The notes under the pieces were generated by a model. The model worked only from the letters and a program-made list of their open reading frames with translations. It was not told where the DNA came from and made no database searches. Shown here piece by piece: positions 59,381 to 64,000 of a DNA stretch of 64,000 bases. The position numbers were made by a program, and so were the translations under genes. Position 1 is the first letter of the stretch, and the number at the start of each line of letters is the position of its first letter. This DNA comes from Gemmatimonadaceae bacterium (GTDB lineage Bacteria; Gemmatimonadota; Gemmatimonadetes; Gemmatimonadales; Gemmatimonadaceae), in contig JBGAJQ010000011.1 of NCBI GenBank assembly GCA_044224875.1, positions 32,001 to 96,000 on the forward strand, written 5' to 3'.

Positions 59381-60340
59381 ATGCCAGGTGACCGGACGTC
59401 AGCAACACCGAGCACCGATCGTCCCGCGACAGACGCGCCGCCGCCAGTCGGGGCTGCGGCGTGTTTGAATTGCGGCGCGCCGCTCACCGGACTCTTCTGT
59501 GCATCCTGCGGACAGCGCGACATTCCGCCATACCCGAGCCTCCGTGAACTGGCGTTCGACGCGTTTTCGGAATTCTCGGGATGGGATGGCCGGCTGGCGG
59601 TCACCGCCCGCGCGCTCCTGTTCCGCCCCGGCTCGCTGACACGCGAATTCCTCGAGGGACGTCGGGCCCGGTACCTCGCGCCAATACGGTTGTACCTCAT
59701 GGCGAGCATCGTGTACTTCCTGCTCGCGGCGTCGGCACCTAACGTGACGTTGGCGTCGGGCGAAACGCTTGGGACGGGACTGCGTGTGAGTGCGTCGGGA
59801 GCGAAGCCAACCGCTGGCGTCGCGCTGCCCTCGAGCCCAACGCGCACCGATTCCGGTCCGCTCACCCCCGCGGACCGGGAGAATGCCCTCAAGAGTGTCG
59901 AAGCTGCACCGGCGCTCCTTCGGCCGTTTCTGCGCCGCGCCATTGACGACCCAGAGGCGTTCAAGCGGGACATCCTCGTCGCGCTCCCACGGATGCTCTT
60001 TGCGTTGCTTCCTGTCTTCGCCGCCATCGTCGCCCTGCTCTACCGCGGTCGGAAGTATCCTGAGCACCTGTACTTCGCGTTGCACCTCCACGCTTTCATC
60101 TTCCTGGCGCTCGCAATCACCGAACTGGTGAAGTTCACCGGCCACGCGACGCCTGTTATCGCCAGTGGAATCGGCGCCCTAGTGGTGATCCCGTTCTACG
60201 CCACCCTCGCGTTTCGCCGAGTATATGGAGGCTCTCTCGTGAGCACTCTGGCGAAGGAGATCGCGATCGGCGCGATCTACGGCGTGACGTCGCTCGCCGC
60301 GTTTGCCATCGTCGTCTTGTTCGTGGCGCGTTTCACCTGA
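59381..60340 (+). CDS. DUF3667 domain membrane protein
   Basis: CLNCG...CASCGQ zinc ribbon, PGSLTREFLEGRRARY..P.RLYL, EHLYFALH. Confidence 0.88.
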   Translation: MPGDRTSATPSTDRPATDAPPPVGAAACLNCGAPLTGLFCASCGQRDIPPYPSLRELAFDAFSEFSGWDGRLAVTARALLFRPGSLTREFLEGRRARYLAPIRLYLMASIVYFLLAASAPNVTLASGETLGTGLRVSASGAKPTAGVALPSSPTRTDSGPLTPADRENALKSVEAAPALLRPFLRRAIDDPEAFKRDILVALPRMLFALLPVFAAIVALLYRGRKYPEHLYFALHLHAFIFLALAITELVKFTGHATPVIASGIGALVVIPFYATLAFRRVYGGSLVSTLAKEIAIGAIYGVTSLAAFAIVVLFVARFT

Positions 60341-60501
60341 CGTTGGCGCTGGCCCGTTGGGTGACGCGCGTCTCCCGCATTGTCAACTGCGCACGTCGAG
60401 ATGCCCAGCACACTCCCCATCTCAACGTCACCACCCCGGCTTAGCAGACCGGCATTCGTCCGAGCGTGGCGACCCGATACCGCCCCGAACGGAAATCGAG
60501 A

Positions 60502-60543
60502 CAATACTTAGGTATTGACCTTAGTATTGCTACGGTGTACGTT
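60502..60543 (+). promoter_or_regulatory. ArsR-type operator overlapping promoter TTGACC-N17-TACGTT
   Basis: caatacttaggt-attg-accttagtattg, 12-bp arms with one mismatch. Confidence 0.7.
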
Positions 60544-60583
60544 CCGTCCATCAGGCACGCACCTAACCAGTGACGGTGATGAC

Positions 60584-60925
60584 ATGGCACAGCTCGCAGT
60601 TGCCGACGACGTCTTTCACGCCCTGTCAAATGCAACACGGCGAAAGGTCTTGGAGCACCTGTCCGTTGGGCCCGCCACCGTGAGCGAGTTGGCGGCTCCG
60701 TTCGACATGCAGCTCCCATCGTTCGTGCAGCACCTCTCCGTGCTCGAACAGAGTCGCCTGGTGAAGTCGAAGAAGCGCGGGCGCGTGCGAACGTACGAAA
60801 TCGTACCCGAACGGTTCAAAGTCGCGGAGAACTGGCTAGCCGAGCGTCGTCAGGAATGGGAGGCTCGTCTGGACCGGTTCGACCAATACGTCAAACAACT
60901 CAAGGAAAAGGAATCGAGATCATGA
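60584..60925 (+). CDS. ArsR/SmtB family HTH regulator
   Basis: FHALSNATRR, HLSVLEQSRLV..K.GRVRT. Confidence 0.92.
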   Translation: MAQLAVADDVFHALSNATRRKVLEHLSVGPATVSELAAPFDMQLPSFVQHLSVLEQSRLVKSKKRGRVRTYEIVPERFKVAENWLAERRQEWEARLDRFDQYVKQLKEKESRS

Positions 60926-61413
60926 GTGCTCAATTCGCCTTCAATCCGAAATTGGACTTCGCCATCGAACGATTCATCGACGCACCCCCTCGCCTCGTCT
61001 GGGAAGCGCTGACGAAACCGGAGCATCTCAAGGAATGGTACATGCCCAAGGCGTGGGGGCGTGTGGCGCACACTGAGATGGACGTGCGACCTGGCGGCGC
61101 CTTCAGCATCGACATTGCAACGGGCGACGGCCACGAGGTGCCGAACCTTGGGTGCTTCCTGGACGTGGTGCCGATGCAACGACTCGTCTGGACCTCAATG
61201 CTGTTCCCGGGCTACCGTCCGGCCGTCTTCGACGACATCCCGATCACCGCCATCGTCACGATGGAAGCTGCCGGTACCGGCACCCGTTATGTCTTCACTG
61301 CCCTGCACCGTGACGAAGCCGATCTCGAGAAGAACAAGGCATCGGGTTTTTATCAAGGGACGGAGATCGCAGTCGACCAGTTTGTCGCTCACGTGGCGTC
61401 CCTGAAGAAGTGA
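60922..61413 (+). CDS. SRPBCC (AHSA1/START-like) protein
   Basis: RFIDAPPRLVWEALT.PEHLKEW, DVRPGG; ATGA overlap with the ArsR gene. Confidence 0.92.
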   Translation: MSAQFAFNPKLDFAIERFIDAPPRLVWEALTKPEHLKEWYMPKAWGRVAHTEMDVRPGGAFSIDIATGDGHEVPNLGCFLDVVPMQRLVWTSMLFPGYRPAVFDDIPITAIVTMEAAGTGTRYVFTALHRDEADLEKNKASGFYQGTEIAVDQFVAHVASLKK

Positions 61414-61511
61414 CGCCCGGTCAAACCCTCTGCAGCGTCTGAGTGTCCTCGTTCTGACCAAGGCCTCGCTGTTGCCCTGACAGGACTCACTCGACATGCA
61501 GATCCCGCTCG

Positions 61512-61739
61512 CTGGGTGAGAGCGTTCGCTTCACGCTCGTAGGAGCTGCGATTGGGCTGACGGTCGCCGCCGTCGCCGCGAAGTGGCTGGAGCCACTGCT
61601 CTTTCACCAGTCGGGCACGGACCCGCTGGTGTTCAGCGGCGTCGCAGGGGCCATGGTTCTTGTTGCGTTAGGTGCCAGCGCGCTCCCTGGCTGGCGGGCC
61701 TCGGGACTGGACGTGGCGCGGGTGCTGAAGGGAGAGTAG
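61512..61739 (+). pseudogene. C-terminal remnant of an ADOP/FtsX permease
   Basis: ESVRFTLVGAAIG...LEPLLFHQSGTDPLVF...ASALPGWRASGLDVARVLKGE*; no start. Confidence 0.7.
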
Positions 61740-61789
61740 TTCCACGGCCCGTCGCTCGTCGGTTGCAACGAACGTGGTGACTCGCCGAC

Positions 61790-62347
61790 TCAGCCTGACT
61801 TGGGCACGAGGTACCGCAGCTCGGCGAATCCCTGGCCCATGGCGCGCGCCGAGGCCAATTGGAGTGGCGGATTGGTGATCGCACGTGGCAGCAGCGGCTT
61901 TCCCGAGCCCAGCGTGACCGACGCGACCTGCGCGATGATCTCGTCCAACAACCCCTGGTCGTGGAACTGCCCGGCGAGCTCGCCTCCGCCAACGATCCAG
62001 ATGTTCTTTCCGCCAGCTGCACGCAGCATCTCGGCGTGGATCGGTCGAACGTCTCCTCGGACAAACTGGATCTTCGCACCCTCCACCGATGGCAGCACGC
62101 GGGTCGTGAACACCCACGTCGGTTGATGGTACGGCCAGGGCGTTGGAGTCGGAGCTTGAGGACCGACGAGGTGCCGGAACATCCACTCGTAGGTCGCCGA
62201 GCCCATGGCCAAGGCGCCTACTTCCGCGATGAACGCCGGGAACCCCGTCTCCTCCAGCGCACCCAGCGGAAAGAGCCAGTCGAGCGAATCGTCGACGGTG
62301 GCGATGAAGCCGTCCAGACTCGTTGCCGCGTAATACTGCGTCTTCAC
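61790..62347 (-). CDS. Dihydrofolate reductase-like (RibD C-terminal) protein
   Basis: ATSLDGFIA, MGSATYEW, IWIVGGGELAGQF; GTG start at 62347. Confidence 0.9.
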   Translation of the reverse strand: MKTQYYAATSLDGFIATVDDSLDWLFPLGALEETGFPAFIAEVGALAMGSATYEWMFRHLVGPQAPTPTPWPYHQPTWVFTTRVLPSVEGAKIQFVRGDVRPIHAEMLRAAGGKNIWIVGGGELAGQFHDQGLLDEIIAQVASVTLGSGKPLLPRAITNPPLQLASARAMGQGFAELRYLVPKSG

Positions 62348-62447
62348 GTTGCACTCCGTTTGAATGGCTGCTCGACTTCGAACACCGTGCCACGGCACTG
62401 CTCGGAAACCGCGGCCGCGAGGTTCGCGCCGTAAACCACCTGGGACG

Positions 62448-62882
62448 TCACGGCAAGTCGTAGGTGAACTCCACATACTGATCGCCGTCCCGTTGCGCTC
62501 CGGTCGCACGCCAAAGCTCGCATGCTGCGATGTTCGTGAGGCTGCTGCCAACCCAGATACTGCTCACGCCCATTCCGCGGCATACCGCCAACAACTCATT
62601 CACCAACCGCGTGGCGATGCCCTGTCGCCGATGCGCGATCTCGACCTCGATGTCATAGAGGTAGACCAGTCGCTCCCCACTGAGACTCGGAAAACTGTAC
62701 GCAACAAGATAGCCGAGCGGGTTGCCCCGTATGTGCGCCGCCACGACAATGCTCCGAGGATCCGATAGAAGCTCCGCCAGGCGGTCTGCGCTCACCTCCG
62801 GCTCGCCCGCCATCTCTCGGACGATTCGTGTTGCCAAGACCAGGTCGTCCACGACAAGACGTTGCACCGCGGGTTCAATCAT
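62448..62882 (-). CDS. GNAT family N-acetyltransferase
   Basis: LYDIEVEIAHRRQGIATRL, NIAACELW. Confidence 0.88.
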   Translation of the reverse strand: MIEPAVQRLVVDDLVLATRIVREMAGEPEVSADRLAELLSDPRSIVVAAHIRGNPLGYLVAYSFPSLSGERLVYLYDIEVEIAHRRQGIATRLVNELLAVCRGMGVSSIWVGSSLTNIAACELWRATGAQRDGDQYVEFTYDLP

Positions 62883-63059
62883 GGGGTCTACCGTTTGGCG
62901 GGTTGCGTCGAAACCGATCAATCAACGTCGTGCCGGAGCCGAGCACGGCGCAAGCGGAGATCCATACCCGGAGTCCCATTGTGGCGCACCACGCGTTCCC
63001 GCGGCGGGATGCGGCCGTGCATCGAATTCACTATTGCGCGGCGAGTGCCGTCACTGTAC

Positions 63060-63079
63060 ACTGAACCTTATGGTTCAGT
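63060..63079. promoter_or_regulatory. Perfect inverted repeat over the ArsR start codon (autoregulatory operator)
   Basis: actgaacc-ttat-ggttcagt. Confidence 0.7.
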
Positions 63080-63435
63080 ATCAACCAACCCACCTGGATG
63101 CCGCCTTCGCCGCGCTCTCCGACGCCACACGTCGTGGCATTCTGGAGCGTCTCGGACGAGCAGATGCTTCGATAACAGAACTCGCCGGGAAGTTTCAGAT
63201 GAGCCTCACCGGCATGAAGAAGCATATCGGCGTGTTGGAGCAGACGGGGTTTGTCACCACAGAAAAAACGGGCCGAGTGCGGACCTGCAAGCTCGGCCCT
63301 CGCCGACTGGAAGAGGAGGCCGCGTGGATCGAACGCTACCGCCAGCTGTGGCACGCCCGCTTTTACGAGTTGGACAAGATTGTTGAGGAACTGAAACGGA
63401 AGAAGAGAGTCGACGCATCCAAAAGGCCACGGTGA
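63070..63435 (+). CDS. ArsR/SmtB family HTH regulator
   Basis: FAALSDATRRGIL, KHIGVLE, KTGRVRTC. Confidence 0.92.
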   Translation: MVQYQPTHLDAAFAALSDATRRGILERLGRADASITELAGKFQMSLTGMKKHIGVLEQTGFVTTEKTGRVRTCKLGPRRLEEEAAWIERYRQLWHARFYELDKIVEELKRKKRVDASKRPR

Positions 63436-63445
63436 GACCAATCGC

Positions 63446-63925
63446 ATGAGCAACCCCACGTCGGTAGAACGAAAGTCTGAGCGCGAGCTCGTTATCACGC
63501 GAACCTTCGACGGCCCTGCGCACCTGGTCTTCGAGGCTTGGACCACACCGGTGTTGATCAAGCGCTGGTGGACGCCAAAGTCCTTTGGGATGTCGTTCCT
63601 CTCGTGCGAGGCCGATGTTCGTACGGGGGGCACGTACCGCTTCGTGTTCAGTCACCCTGCCTTCGAGCAACCGATGGCATTCTTCGGCAAGTACATCGAG
63701 GTGACGCCCAACTCGCGCATCGTCTGGACGAATGAGGAGAGCGCCGATGGTGCCGTCTCCACCCTGACCTTCGAGGAGACAGGCGGCAAGACGCTCCTGG
63801 TCCTGCACGAACTCTACCCGTCCAAACAAGCGCTCGATGACGCTATGTCGTCTGGGAGCCCAGGCGCGGCCGGCGAACAATTCGAGGAGTTGGACGAAGT
63901 CCTTGCCACCTTGATGCGATCATGA
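63446..63925 (+). CDS. SRPBCC (AHSA1/START-like) protein
   Basis: RELVITRTFDGPAHLVFEAWT, DVRTGGTYR. Confidence 0.92.
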   Translation: MSNPTSVERKSERELVITRTFDGPAHLVFEAWTTPVLIKRWWTPKSFGMSFLSCEADVRTGGTYRFVFSHPAFEQPMAFFGKYIEVTPNSRIVWTNEESADGAVSTLTFEETGGKTLLVLHELYPSKQALDDAMSSGSPGAAGEQFEELDEVLATLMRS

Positions 63926-64000
63926 GCACGACGCGGCACGTGTATGCGTCTGCCTCACGATCGTATGTTACGGACGGGAGTGTCTGATGATGCGAACAAT

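Noticed and set aside
1..64000. CRISPR array, tRNA, rRNA, transposase or prophage
   Set aside because: No regularly spaced repeats, no recognisable RNA genes, and no mobile-element or phage structural proteins
1..64000. Apparent abundance of GTCAC/GTGAC
   Set aside because: Explainable by Val-Thr codon pairs; cannot be assessed without a computed null model

Overview
GC-rich bacterial chromosomal window, roughly 65% GC by eye. The gene content (ADOP-type orphan permeases, several Ser/Thr kinases, a kinase-linked ECF sigma factor, Ig-domain lipoproteins) suggests Gemmatimonadota, but that is inference. It is an accessory, stress/detox and surface-protein region of about 55 CDS, plus one frameshifted gene and several gene remnants. 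I found no rRNA, tRNA, CRISPR array, transposase or integrase. The strongest signals are in the DNA rather than the proteins. (1) The non-palindromic heptamer CCTAACG/CGTTAGG occurs about 29 times on both strands and in several reading frames, repeatedly forcing rare codons. (2) A rifamycin-associated-element (RAE)-like palindrome, CTTGCGGCAAG, lies upstream of a Rox-like FAD monooxygenase. (3) A bipartite motif, GGCATGAGACG-N15-CGCGCATG, lies upstream of both the TPR kinase and the divergent surface lipoprotein that flank a kinase-linked ECF sigma factor. (4) A shared operator (ACTTT-N7-AAAG) overlaps the sigma70 promoters of two paralogous uncharacterised membrane proteins, one of which precedes a four-TM Ser/Thr kinase. 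Family names come from recognising motifs, not from database searches.
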